Source of the DNA: a virus
Taxonomy: Duplodnaviria > Caudoviricetes
DNA: 64,000 nt
IMG/VR virus record: IMGVR_UViG_3300030376_007431
Coordinates: 21,625 to 85,624 of that record
Strand: one strand, 5' to 3'
The notes under the pieces were generated by a model. The model was not told the origin of the DNA, did no database searches, and saw only the letters and a program-made list of their open reading frames with translations. A program made the position numbers and the translations under genes. Each line of letters opens with the position of its first letter. Position 1 is the first letter of the stretch. Below, one piece after another: positions 37,750-47,232 of the stretch.

Positions 37750-38552
37750 GTTTTTTTGAAATGTGCCAAGTAGAAAGTTCTCCATTTGATATCCAGTTTG
37801 CGAAGCAAGATCCTGACTGGAATATGGTGAGGGACGCTTATGATAACAATCTTTCTAGGGACGATCAAGACTGTGAAATACCCAAGATAATTCATTTTAT
37901 ATGGGTGGGAAGTAAGCTTCCAGAAAAGTATGTTGAAATTATTGAGGGGTGGAAACATTACAATCCAGACTTCGAGATTTGGCTTTGGGATGACGAGAAG
38001 GTAGAAACTTTTTTGCCGCAGATGTTTAACAAAGACTTGTATTTACAGGCGCCAAGCTTTGGCAATAAATCCGACATCTTAAGGTATGAGATACTTAAGC
38101 GATACGGAGGCGTATATGCAGACACTGATTTTGTCTGCCTTTCTAGTTTTGCTCATGCTCATCGTAAGTATTGCTTTTACGCTGGCATATTATATGAAAA
38201 GCCAGTTCAGCTAGGCAACGGAATTATAGCTGCTGTGCCCAACCATCCTATCGTAGATATATGTATACGTCAAATGAGATTAGATAACCCTTGGGGAATA
38301 CAGTGTCCGCAGACGCTTGTGCTTTATCAGACTGGGCCTTGGGCTTTGACTAAGAGTGTCTTGCATTATATGAAACATGTGGGCGATGAAGGAATAATGA
38401 TATATCCAACAACGAGTTTCCACGCTTTCCCAGCTGTTCTCAGGCATGAAGCTACCGACGAACTAATTGAGTCTTACTATAGACCTTGGAGTATGGCGTG
38501 TCATCTCTGGCACTCAAGCTGGCAACCATCATCAGAACATTATAACGGATAA
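37746..38552 (+). CDS. GT32 (OCH1-like, DXD) glycosyltransferase
   Basis: IPKIIHFIW, SDILRYEIL..GGVYADTD. Likely start is ATG 37746. Confidence 0.9.
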   Translation: MSFFEMCQVESSPFDIQFAKQDPDWNMVRDAYDNNLSRDDQDCEIPKIIHFIWVGSKLPEKYVEIIEGWKHYNPDFEIWLWDDEKVETFLPQMFNKDLYLQAPSFGNKSDILRYEILKRYGGVYADTDFVCLSSFAHAHRKYCFYAGILYEKPVQLGNGIIAAVPNHPIVDICIRQMRLDNPWGIQCPQTLVLYQTGPWALTKSVLHYMKHVGDEGIMIYPTTSFHAFPAVLRHEATDELIESYYRPWSMACHLWHSSWQPSSEHYNG

Positions 38553-38558
38553 ATTAAA

Positions 38559-39377
38559 ATGTCAGAAATAATAAACTTAGCTAAAGACAAGCCAGACACT
38601 TATGTATACCAGCAAGCCGCTGAAATATTATGTGACACACTTGAAAAAGATTACTCTTTCGTTATACAGTTGTGGGATCACGAGAAACCAAAAGATACAA
38701 AATATCCTAAAGTTTTGATCTCAACTTCTGACGAAAAGCATGGTGTGCCTGTCGAAGCTCAAGATGACTCCTATGCGCACATTTTCAAACAGTACGCCCC
38801 AATGCTTGATATGAAAAATCCTACTTCAGTCAGAAGAGAATGGGATGGGAAAGTTAGTCCGCTTCCACTCTGTTCTCTACAGGGCTTTAAGCCAAACCCA
38901 ATAAACATACATGAGCGAAAGTATGATTGGTCTTGGATGGGTCAGTTCGATCCATATACTAGAGTGGCGTTCAGAAATTCTGTCAGTGATTTGCAAACAA
39001 AAGAACATACATGCAAAATCCTTTGGTATGAAGGATGGAATAATGGAAGTTCGATAGAAGAATATGCCGATGTTATGAGCAATACCAAAATAGCCTTAGT
39101 GCCTAATGGCTCAGCCAGCTTTGAAAGTTTTAGATTTTTTGAGGCTGCAATGGCGGGATGTGTAATAGTTAGCCAGCAAATGCCGATTGTTCCAATGTAC
39201 AATGTGGCACCGACCATAACTGTGGATAATAATTGGAGTAATCTCCCAGATGTTATAGACATGATCTTGGACAACAAAGAAGAGATGGAGTATTATTCGC
39301 ACGCAAGCAAAGCGTGGTATGATTACTTCTGCTCTCCAGAAGGACTGGCTTACTACATGAAGAAAAGGTTGGTTTGA
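38559..39377 (+). CDS. Exostosin/GT47-like glycosyltransferase
   Basis: KIALVPNGSASFESFRFFEAAMAGC. Confidence 0.7.
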   Translation: MSEIINLAKDKPDTYVYQQAAEILCDTLEKDYSFVIQLWDHEKPKDTKYPKVLISTSDEKHGVPVEAQDDSYAHIFKQYAPMLDMKNPTSVRREWDGKVSPLPLCSLQGFKPNPINIHERKYDWSWMGQFDPYTRVAFRNSVSDLQTKEHTCKILWYEGWNNGSSIEEYADVMSNTKIALVPNGSASFESFRFFEAAMAGCVIVSQQMPIVPMYNVAPTITVDNNWSNLPDVIDMILDNKEEMEYYSHASKAWYDYFCSPEGLAYYMKKRLV

Positions 39378-39381
39378 CTAT

Positions 39382-40146
39382 ATGGATTTTGTTGACGGAG
39401 AAAAGTTCCAGTCAGCTTGTGACTTTGAGCTTGGTCAAGAAATGCCCGAAAGACCAGAGTTGGTGATGTATGCGCCTTCAGAAAGCTACCTCGAAGCGCT
39501 GGTGTTTATTAAACAGAACACATCTACACGATTCAAGCTTGTCACTCATAATGGTGACATCGAGATTCATTTAGATGATAGAGTTCTGCCGGACAATCTT
39601 ATACACTGGTACGCGCAAAACCTGTGCGTCAAATCGAATAGAATATCGCCACTTCCTATAGCAATGGAGAACACTCACTGGCATCCGACAAAGCGGTCAG
39701 CAATACTTAGCGTAGAACAGCAGTCAGAAAGGTTTCTTAAGCCGTTCACTCAATTTAATCCCCGCACACATCCATCTAGGTTGGATCTAGTAAGATTGAT
39801 ACAGCAAGGAGAAATTGATGTTGATTTTGCTCCTTCAATTAACGGGACGGGGTTTGATCAATATGTATACAATCTATCTAAATACGCATTTTGTATTTGC
39901 CCGAGGGGTAACGGCATTGATACTCATAGGATATGGGAAGCCTTGCATATGGGCTGTGTGCCAATAGTAAAGAGGCATGTTACGCACGAATGTTTGTTAG
40001 ATTTGCCGGTCTTGTTCGTAGATGACTGGAGAGAAATAACTCATGAAAAGCTTGTGCAATTTATTCAACAAATACCCAACAATATATATAACATGCAGAA
40101 ACTTTCTTTTTCCTACTGGGAGAATCTGATAAAAAATGACATCTAA
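39382..40146 (+). CDS. Exostosin/GT47-like glycosyltransferase
   Basis: FCICPRGNGIDTHRIWEALHMGCVPIV. Confidence 0.8.
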   Translation: MDFVDGEKFQSACDFELGQEMPERPELVMYAPSESYLEALVFIKQNTSTRFKLVTHNGDIEIHLDDRVLPDNLIHWYAQNLCVKSNRISPLPIAMENTHWHPTKRSAILSVEQQSERFLKPFTQFNPRTHPSRLDLVRLIQQGEIDVDFAPSINGTGFDQYVYNLSKYAFCICPRGNGIDTHRIWEALHMGCVPIVKRHVTHECLLDLPVLFVDDWREITHEKLVQFIQQIPNNIYNMQKLSFSYWENLIKNDI

Positions 40147-41026
40147 GTTGAGAATTAAATTTGATAACTTTTGGGGTGGGTTTCCCCTGTATGACAATAT
40201 AATAACAGTAGCTCTAAGTCTAAAACACGATGTAGAGATTGTTCAGCATGACCCAGATATTTTAGTGCATCAAGGCCAAACTTCCCACAAGCATGATGGC
40301 GCAATTACAATAGCTTGGTTTATAGAGTCTATGAATAGAATAGGGGAACCTGACTATAGTAAATGTGACTATTCTTTTAACAGTTGTAATCTTGATGATG
40401 AGAGAAACTATAGGATTCCCTTTTGGTCTACACAAATAAACTGGAATGGGGCTCCTGCGCATGACCTTAATCGAGGACCAACATACTATATATCAATAGA
40501 CGAGTTATCTAATAGGCAGATAGCTAATAGAGACAGGTTGTGTTGCTCAGTAGCGTCTGGAACGCTTGGTAGGAGAGCAGAGTTTTATCCTTACATATCC
40601 TCAAGAATGGATGTAGCACATGGAGGAGACTTCCTAAGAAATACAACAGAGATGATTGAAAAGCCGGGAAACAGTGACTACTTAGAGAAGATAGAGTTTA
40701 TTTCTAAATTTAAATCGAACCTATGTTTTGAGAACGATGACAGACAAGGATACGTATGTGAGAAGATACTACATGCTTTTTATGCTGGTTGTCTGCCCAT
40801 ATACTGGGGACCAGCAAATGTAGGTGAAGACTTCAACAAGAAAGCGTTTATTGATGTTAGTGATTTTGAGTCTAGCGAAGAGGCTGTTAATTATATACAC
40901 GATGTGCTTTTAAACGATACAAAATTATTAGAATATCTAGAGCAACCAGTATTTGAAAATGGACAGGTGCCATATCACTCAACACCGGAGTCACTATTAG
41001 AGTTCTTAGAGAAAAAGGGTATATAA
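40136..41026 (+). CDS. GT10 alpha-1,3/4-fucosyltransferase
   Basis: KFKSNLCFENDDRQGYVCEKILHAFYAGCLPIYWG is the GT10 signature. Confidence 0.93.
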   Translation: MTSKLRIKFDNFWGGFPLYDNIITVALSLKHDVEIVQHDPDILVHQGQTSHKHDGAITIAWFIESMNRIGEPDYSKCDYSFNSCNLDDERNYRIPFWSTQINWNGAPAHDLNRGPTYYISIDELSNRQIANRDRLCCSVASGTLGRRAEFYPYISSRMDVAHGGDFLRNTTEMIEKPGNSDYLEKIEFISKFKSNLCFENDDRQGYVCEKILHAFYAGCLPIYWGPANVGEDFNKKAFIDVSDFESSEEAVNYIHDVLLNDTKLLEYLEQPVFENGQVPYHSTPESLLEFLEKKGI

Positions 41027-41601
41027 TGGCTGGAGAATTTTCTTACAACCGCAAAAAGTATTTCTTTCTTCATATCCCGAAGACTGGCGGTAAGATGTGG
41101 GAGCATGTATTTAGCGGTATTGGGCTGACTTCTGGACATGGTTTCGTAGAATCTAAACCAGAAGGATATTCATTTACTGTAATAAGAAACCCATTTGATA
41201 GATTGGTCAGCTGTTTCTATTACCTCAAGGCTGGCGGGTGCTGGTCGGGTGACGCAAATGATGCGTTAAAGTATGATATTACAAACAATACTTTTGAAGA
41301 CTGGCTCAAGCTAGCTAGCAAAAACCCTCAGCACTATCTAGAACAGCAACACGTTATGCCTATGATGCGTAGAATTGGCAAAAAAGAAAACTTCGACCAT
41401 ATTGGATTATTTGAAGATTTAGAACAGGAAACCAGAGATCTATACTCTATTATATATGGCCATAAAATTGATGAAGTGCCTGTGATTAACAAAAGCGCCC
41501 ATCGCCACTTTGAAGATTGTTACACCGAAGAAACAAAAGCTATAGTTTCAGAACTATACAAGGATGATATAAAACTATATGAGGAGCTATTAAATGCATA
41601 A
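41026..41601 (+). CDS. Carbohydrate sulfotransferase (Sulfotransfer_2-like)
   Basis: 5'-PSB FLHIPKTGG and 3'-PB IRNPFDRLVS. Confidence 0.88.
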   Translation: MAGEFSYNRKKYFFLHIPKTGGKMWEHVFSGIGLTSGHGFVESKPEGYSFTVIRNPFDRLVSCFYYLKAGGCWSGDANDALKYDITNNTFEDWLKLASKNPQHYLEQQHVMPMMRRIGKKENFDHIGLFEDLEQETRDLYSIIYGHKIDEVPVINKSAHRHFEDCYTEETKAIVSELYKDDIKLYEELLNA

Positions 41602-42001
41602 GATATATAAAGACGAGAAGCTTTACCACTGCTACTTCAACGCTGACGAGTACCAAGAGGGTAGGTTTGATGCTACCGACGCTGGAGAATATTTGCAGTG
41701 CGCTATTATAAATATGGATGACGGCAAGAAGTTTGATCCGCATGTCCATATCCCTTGTGAAAGAACAACTGACACAACTCAAGAGGCTTGGGTTGTGCTT
41801 AAGGGCAAGATAAAAATAACATATTATGACGAAGATAAAAATCAAATGGACGAGCCGGCTATAGTTTCTGCCGGAGGGTGTACTATAAGTTTTTGGGGTG
41901 GTCATAAATATGAATGTCTAGAAGACGGAACTGTAGTCTATGAATTTAAGACTGGCCCGTACTTTGGCAAAGATGCTGATAAGGTAGTGTTTGATGCGTA
42001 A
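41594..42001 (+). CDS. WbuC-like cupin-fold protein
   Basis: PHVH..TQEAWVVLKG..GGHKYECLE..YEFKTGPY. Confidence 0.75.
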   Translation: MHKIYKDEKLYHCYFNADEYQEGRFDATDAGEYLQCAIINMDDGKKFDPHVHIPCERTTDTTQEAWVVLKGKIKITYYDEDKNQMDEPAIVSAGGCTISFWGGHKYECLEDGTVVYEFKTGPYFGKDADKVVFDA

Positions 42002-42617
42002 TATTGTGCAATATAGTCTGCCTCGAACAGGTTCTACACTTATCCGTAGAGTGTTATATAGTCTGTTCCCTGAAAGCGAAGCCCCTTCACAGCATCCTCC
42101 GCTCCATTATAACTCCCGTGACGCTTTGATTGTGAGCTCATGCAGGTATCCACTGGATGTTTTGGTATCGTATGCTAGAGTACACCACTGTGAACAAGGT
42201 TATGAACTCGGTGGGATTGATGAGGATTTACTTGCACATCATGCAAAAAGGATAAAAACACTATATCAATGGTATTTTAAAGACTTAGACCATTGTAGGG
42301 GCGGCATTCTACAAATCAAATATGAAAAATTTTGGAACAACTATGATTATATTTTCGATAATCTTGAGACCTTTCTTTCAATAGAGATTGATGATAATAA
42401 AAGACATGATATAGCACAAGAATGTGGAATAGAAAACTCCAGAAAGATACAAGCAGAATTGGAGGACTTTGGCTGTGTTGATGAAAAGACATCCCTGCAC
42501 GGCAACCATATAGTTGCGCCAGAGCCATTTGGCTACAAAAAAGTTTTAACACGCACACAAACAGCTTCTATGAAAATGTTTTTAAAGGACGCTATTAAAG
42601 AATGGGAAAAAATATGA
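41991..42617 (+). CDS. Sulfotransferase (P-loop, Sulfotransfer_1/3-like)
   Basis: YSLPRTGSTL, RYPLDVLVS and IKYEKF. Confidence 0.78.
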   Translation: MMRNIVQYSLPRTGSTLIRRVLYSLFPESEAPSQHPPLHYNSRDALIVSSCRYPLDVLVSYARVHHCEQGYELGGIDEDLLAHHAKRIKTLYQWYFKDLDHCRGGILQIKYEKFWNNYDYIFDNLETFLSIEIDDNKRHDIAQECGIENSRKIQAELEDFGCVDEKTSLHGNHIVAPEPFGYKKVLTRTQTASMKMFLKDAIKEWEKI

Positions 42618-43165
42618 AGCTTCACTTAGGATGTGGATGGAGAAATTTTGGAGATGATTGGATTCATATTGATGGTGGTGATTATGAACACTTAGACCAC
42701 AATGATATTACGAAGCTCCCCTATGAAGATGAAACAGTCGATTTAATATATGCCTCTCATGTGTTGGAGTACTTCGACAGAGAAGAAGCTATTAATGTTC
42801 TTACCGAATGGGCGAGAGTATTGAAAAAAGGTGGAGTCTTAAGAATAGCTGTGCCAGATTTTGAGTGCATGGCTATTATGTATGTAATGGGAAAGAATAC
42901 TCTTAATAAGACAAAATTAAGCAGTTTTCTCGGCCCACTTTACGGTAAGATGCAGATGAGCGATAAGATCATTTATCATAAAACAGCGTATGATTTTCAA
43001 GAGTTGTCAGAGCTTTTATCATCTGTAGGTATACAAAACATTGCTAGATATGACTGGAGAGATACGGAGCATCGTGACTTCGATGACCACTCTCAAGCCT
43101 ATATCCCGCATATGGATAAAGACAATGGAACACTAATTAGTTTGAATATAGAGGGAACAAAATGA
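42614..43165 (+). CDS. Class I SAM-dependent methyltransferase (type 11)
   Basis: MKLHLGCG, DLIYASHVLEY and LKKGGVLRIAVPD. Confidence 0.88.
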   Translation: MKLHLGCGWRNFGDDWIHIDGGDYEHLDHNDITKLPYEDETVDLIYASHVLEYFDREEAINVLTEWARVLKKGGVLRIAVPDFECMAIMYVMGKNTLNKTKLSSFLGPLYGKMQMSDKIIYHKTAYDFQELSELLSSVGIQNIARYDWRDTEHRDFDDHSQAYIPHMDKDNGTLISLNIEGTK

Positions 43166-43746
43166 GATTAGAGAAATGGGAAGGCGTACATATAGATACG
43201 GTTTATAATGATGTAGTTACTAAGATAGCGCCTAAAGGCAAGGTTCTAGGCGTTGGAGATAGTGCATTTCCTCATGCTGTTCTAAACATGCAATATTTTC
43301 ATGACAATCCAGTAGAAGAAGGCGTTGCGGTTAATACTAACGAAAAGGATTTAGGACATCTAAATGGGTTTGATGTTATACTATGTAACGGCAATGATAT
43401 CTGCTATGAAGACAATTACTTTGACTTTGTATATACTGTGATGATGCTTGAGCATGATCCTAAGTTCTGGCTGTCAGTACAAGAGATGCATAGAGTTTTG
43501 AAGCCCGGATGCCCTTTAATGATAGCTATTCCCGGATTTGTAGGAGAGCCAGAGTACGCTGTTGTAGACAATAGAGACCATTGGGGACATGGCACTAGTT
43601 GTTATGAGAACCATACCGACTGTGACTGCTATAGATTTAGCCCCGATTTCTTTAAGTTTTTCGCGCTCAAAGACTTCGATGATGCTGTCGTGTATCACAG
43701 CATGTTTCCTCCAAGACTTATAGGAGTCGGATACAAGCCAAAATGA
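43162..43746 (+). CDS. Class I SAM-dependent methyltransferase (type 11)
   Basis: FDFVYTVMMLEHD..MHRVLKPG. Confidence 0.82.
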   Translation: MRLEKWEGVHIDTVYNDVVTKIAPKGKVLGVGDSAFPHAVLNMQYFHDNPVEEGVAVNTNEKDLGHLNGFDVILCNGNDICYEDNYFDFVYTVMMLEHDPKFWLSVQEMHRVLKPGCPLMIAIPGFVGEPEYAVVDNRDHWGHGTSCYENHTDCDCYRFSPDFFKFFALKDFDDAVVYHSMFPPRLIGVGYKPK

Positions 43747-45101
43747 ACATACCACTAAATATTAGTCTAAAAAATTTGCAACCTCCCCGTTACTACGGAC
43801 AGGGTGGGACTGATTCAATCGTAAGTCAGTTTTTTGAACGTAAAAATGTAAAAAATGGGACCTTCTTAGATGTTGGTTCTTTAGATGGAAAGCGTTTTAG
43901 TAATACGTATCTTCTTGAAAAGGCAGGCTGGAAAGGTGTTTGTGTAGAGATGCATCCATCATATGCTTTCCTACTCAGACACAATAGACCAAACTCAATC
44001 TGTTATTCATGTGGAGTCTCTGACGAAGATAAAGTAGAAAAAACTGTTTCTCTTAACTGGAGGGGTTCCCTTAGTACTACTGACCTTGAGCTAGAAAGTC
44101 ATTTTGAGGAAGACTACGAACTTTGGTACGGAGATAGGTCGAAAAGTCAAATCAATGGGTTTTTGAATGGTTTACATAAAGTAAAGCTGCGTACTCTTAA
44201 TAGTATTATAGATGATAATATTGAAAGTTTTCCGCATTTTGATTTTGTTTCTATCGACATTGATGGATCTGAAAAGAAGGCACTTCAGCATTGTAATCTC
44301 GATAAGATTAATCCAACGTTGTTATCTTTGGAATGGTCGGTAGTAGGAGAAGAATACATTATTGAATATGCAAAACAATACAATATGATACCGGCGCGTA
44401 AAGTCGGAGCCGACATGTTATTCACAAGATCTCAAGAAGATGCTGATATTATTAATTCCTTAGAGTTTATTGGTCGCCAGACTAAGTATGCACACCCATG
44501 TACTCATAATATTAATAACTACATGGTTCCTATGCTCGAAGAGTCGGTAGCGAGATTTTTTGGATCTAAACATGCTGTTGCTGTTGACTGCTGTACTCAT
44601 GGTTTGGAATTGTGTCTACGACATCAAAATATAGAAAAAATAACAATACCGGCTAGAACATATCTTTCAGTGCCTTTTCTTGCTACCAAGCTAGGACTAG
44701 AATGGGAGTGGAGGGAAGAAAACTGGAAGGATTATTATCAGTTAGGAGACACTAACATCTATGACTCTGCCGTACTATGGAAAAAAGACAGCTATATGCC
44801 CGGAACATTTATGTGCTTAAGCTTTCAGTTTCAAAAACATTTGAGTTTGGGTCGCGGTGGAATGATCTTGACCGACGACACAGAGGCTGCATATAAACTG
44901 AAAAAGATGTCGCACGACGGAAGAGAGCCAAGAGTGCCTTGGAGAGAACAAGACATTGACACGATTGGGTATCATTATTACATGACGCCAGAAACTGCAG
45001 CTTTAGGTTTAGAAAAACTACCTAAAGCAATTGACACACCACCTAGACAGTGGGTTATTGAAGACTGGCCTGACCTGAGAAACATGGAGATTTTTAAATG
45101 A
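43743..45101 (+). CDS. Fusion of an FkbM-family methyltransferase and a truncated DegT/DnrJ PLP aminotransferase
   Basis: N-terminal half FLDVGSLDG..SNT..VEMHP..SIDIDGSE. C-terminal half AVAVDCCTHGL..SFQFQKHL..GRGGMI. Confidence 0.85.
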   Translation: MNIPLNISLKNLQPPRYYGQGGTDSIVSQFFERKNVKNGTFLDVGSLDGKRFSNTYLLEKAGWKGVCVEMHPSYAFLLRHNRPNSICYSCGVSDEDKVEKTVSLNWRGSLSTTDLELESHFEEDYELWYGDRSKSQINGFLNGLHKVKLRTLNSIIDDNIESFPHFDFVSIDIDGSEKKALQHCNLDKINPTLLSLEWSVVGEEYIIEYAKQYNMIPARKVGADMLFTRSQEDADIINSLEFIGRQTKYAHPCTHNINNYMVPMLEESVARFFGSKHAVAVDCCTHGLELCLRHQNIEKITIPARTYLSVPFLATKLGLEWEWREENWKDYYQLGDTNIYDSAVLWKKDSYMPGTFMCLSFQFQKHLSLGRGGMILTDDTEAAYKLKKMSHDGREPRVPWREQDIDTIGYHYYMTPETAALGLEKLPKAIDTPPRQWVIEDWPDLRNMEIFK

Positions 45102-46072
45102 GAAAAGTAGCACTAATAACTGGTATTTCTGGTCAAGACGGAAGTTATCTTGCAGAACACCTCTTAAAGCAAGATTACAAAGTTTATGGAATCATCCGTA
45201 GGCAATCTGTTGCGGAGAACCAAGAGTCAAGAATAGATCATATTATAGATCACGTCGAAACTCGTTATGGAGATCTAATGGACTGGTGTTCGCTAGAGCG
45301 CGTTGTTAAAGAGTCTAATCCTACGCATATCTTTAATCTAGGAGCGATGAGCCACGTTAGAGTTAGTTCTGACGTACCATCCTTTACTATTAAAACTAAT
45401 GCAGAGGGTGTCCTCAATCTATTAGAAGTCTATAAAAACTATTGCCCCACAGCTAAATTTTATCAGGCAAGCTCGTCCGAGATGTTTGGGAACAGCGTTG
45501 ATGACGACGGGTTCCAAAGAGAGACAACTCCAATGACTCCTGTTAGCCCTTATGGGTGCTCGAAGCTTATGGGATACTCTTTGGTTAGGCATTATAGACA
45601 CGCTTACAAACTACATGCTTCCAATGGTATATTATTTAATCATGAATCCCCGCGAAGAGGATCTAACTTTGTAACAAATAAAGTTGTTAAAACCGCTGTG
45701 GAAATCTCTTTAGGTATGAGAGACAAGTTGTTTTTAGGCAACATGGACTCCTATAGAGACTGGGGACACTCCAAGGACTACACAAGAGCAATGATTGACA
45801 TTATTAACCATGACACTCCTGATGACTTTGTTGTTGCTACTGGAGAAACTCATTCAGTCAGACAGTTATGTGAAGTAGTATTCGGTTGTTTGAACATGGA
45901 TTATAAGGACTATGTAGAACAAGACCCTAGATTCATGCGTCCAGAAGAATTAAAATACTTGAAAGGCGATCCAACGAAAACAAGAGAGACTTTTGGATGG
46001 GAGCCAGAGTACACCTTCCAGTCTATGATGGAAGAGATGGTCAGGCATTGGCAAAATTTCTATAGTAAATAA
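45098..46072 (+). CDS. gmd: GDP-mannose 4,6-dehydratase
   Basis: ALITGISGQDGSYL, FYQASSSEMFG, SPYGCSK, NHESPRRG and RDWGH. Confidence 0.97.
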   Translation: MRKVALITGISGQDGSYLAEHLLKQDYKVYGIIRRQSVAENQESRIDHIIDHVETRYGDLMDWCSLERVVKESNPTHIFNLGAMSHVRVSSDVPSFTIKTNAEGVLNLLEVYKNYCPTAKFYQASSSEMFGNSVDDDGFQRETTPMTPVSPYGCSKLMGYSLVRHYRHAYKLHASNGILFNHESPRRGSNFVTNKVVKTAVEISLGMRDKLFLGNMDSYRDWGHSKDYTRAMIDIINHDTPDDFVVATGETHSVRQLCEVVFGCLNMDYKDYVEQDPRFMRPEELKYLKGDPTKTRETFGWEPEYTFQSMMEEMVRHWQNFYSK

Positions 46073-46073
46073 A

Positions 46074-46769
46074 ATGTATAAAACCTATGTAATGCACTAT
46101 AGCCCTCTCTGTGAAAGGAGAGGGTTTATTCTCGATCAACTATCTTCTGCAGGAATTAGTCAATTTGAACTAGTCACAGAATTCGATAGAGAAGATTTGA
46201 CACATGAAGATCTTTCTAGATATAATGATGACCCAGACTTTCATCGTCAGGTGTGTGAAATATCAAGACAGCCACACGGCTTTGCTGGACTGACACCATA
46301 CACATATCAGAAGATGACATTAGCGTCAATATCTTTAAATCTAAAACACTTAGAGTCTTTCAATAGGTTCACTAATCAAGAAGTAGAATTTGCATTATTT
46401 TTAGAAGATGACTGTAATTTTTGTGGGCATCCTTTCGATATAAATACTATAATTAATAGCGCGCCGGATGATTGGGATGTTATATTATTAGGCGGAGCTT
46501 TTGATCATGGGATCATAACTCCTCTAGCAGTATATGGTGACATGGATAAAGGTTATATATTAAGCTCACACCCTGCCACTAATACTACGTCGTCAATAAT
46601 CTACAATAAGCAAAGTGCTAAAAAGATAATTCCGTATCTGGAAACCTTTTGCGTGCCTATTGATTGGCAGTTAAACTACGCTTTTCACAAAACCGAATTA
46701 AAAGTATATCATATATATCCTTATATATGTGGTCAGGGTACATTTAGGAGTACAGCAAAAGATGAATAA
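46074..46769 (+). CDS. GT25-like glycosyltransferase
   Basis: YVMHY..ERR, HL..F..ALFLEDD and PIDWQL. Confidence 0.75.
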   Translation: MYKTYVMHYSPLCERRGFILDQLSSAGISQFELVTEFDREDLTHEDLSRYNDDPDFHRQVCEISRQPHGFAGLTPYTYQKMTLASISLNLKHLESFNRFTNQEVEFALFLEDDCNFCGHPFDINTIINSAPDDWDVILLGGAFDHGIITPLAVYGDMDKGYILSSHPATNTTSSIIYNKQSAKKIIPYLETFCVPIDWQLNYAFHKTELKVYHIYPYICGQGTFRSTAKDE

Positions 46770-47232
46770 ACAAAAAAAACTGGCAGTTCTGACAGAGGAC
46801 TTGGGTCTCTCGCAAAGGTCTTTTTATCTTATAGATAGTCTCAATAACTTTTCTAGAAACAGAACAGCTGCAGTTACTTGCTATACAACATCAGTGATCC
46901 CGCCGGTCATGAAGGCTCTTTTTCCTTTTATGAATCAATACTACTTCTCCTCTTTTAATGGAACAGCTATAGCCACTAGTATAGACACAGCTAAGGCGCT
47001 GATTAAAACAAAGAACAACACTAAAAGATTTCTTTACTTGTGGGATTTAGAATGGATTAGAAACCCGGTCGATTTTGATGACACCTGTTCGGTATTGAGG
47101 AATCCAGATATTAATATAATTACTAGAAGTGAATCTCACAAAAAGATGGTTGAAAACTACGCAAACACCGAGGTATGCGGAATAGTTGATGACTGGAACA
47201 CAACACAATTGGAGGAACTGATATGGATTTAG
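46762..47232 (+). CDS. Hypothetical protein resembling the N-terminal half of a GT-B enzyme
   Basis: IATSIDTA..FLYLWDLEW. Likely start is ATG 46762. Confidence 0.45.
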   Translation: MNKQKKLAVLTEDLGLSQRSFYLIDSLNNFSRNRTAAVTCYTTSVIPPVMKALFPFMNQYYFSSFNGTAIATSIDTAKALIKTKNNTKRFLYLWDLEWIRNPVDFDDTCSVLRNPDINIITRSESHKKMVENYANTEVCGIVDDWNTTQLEELIWI

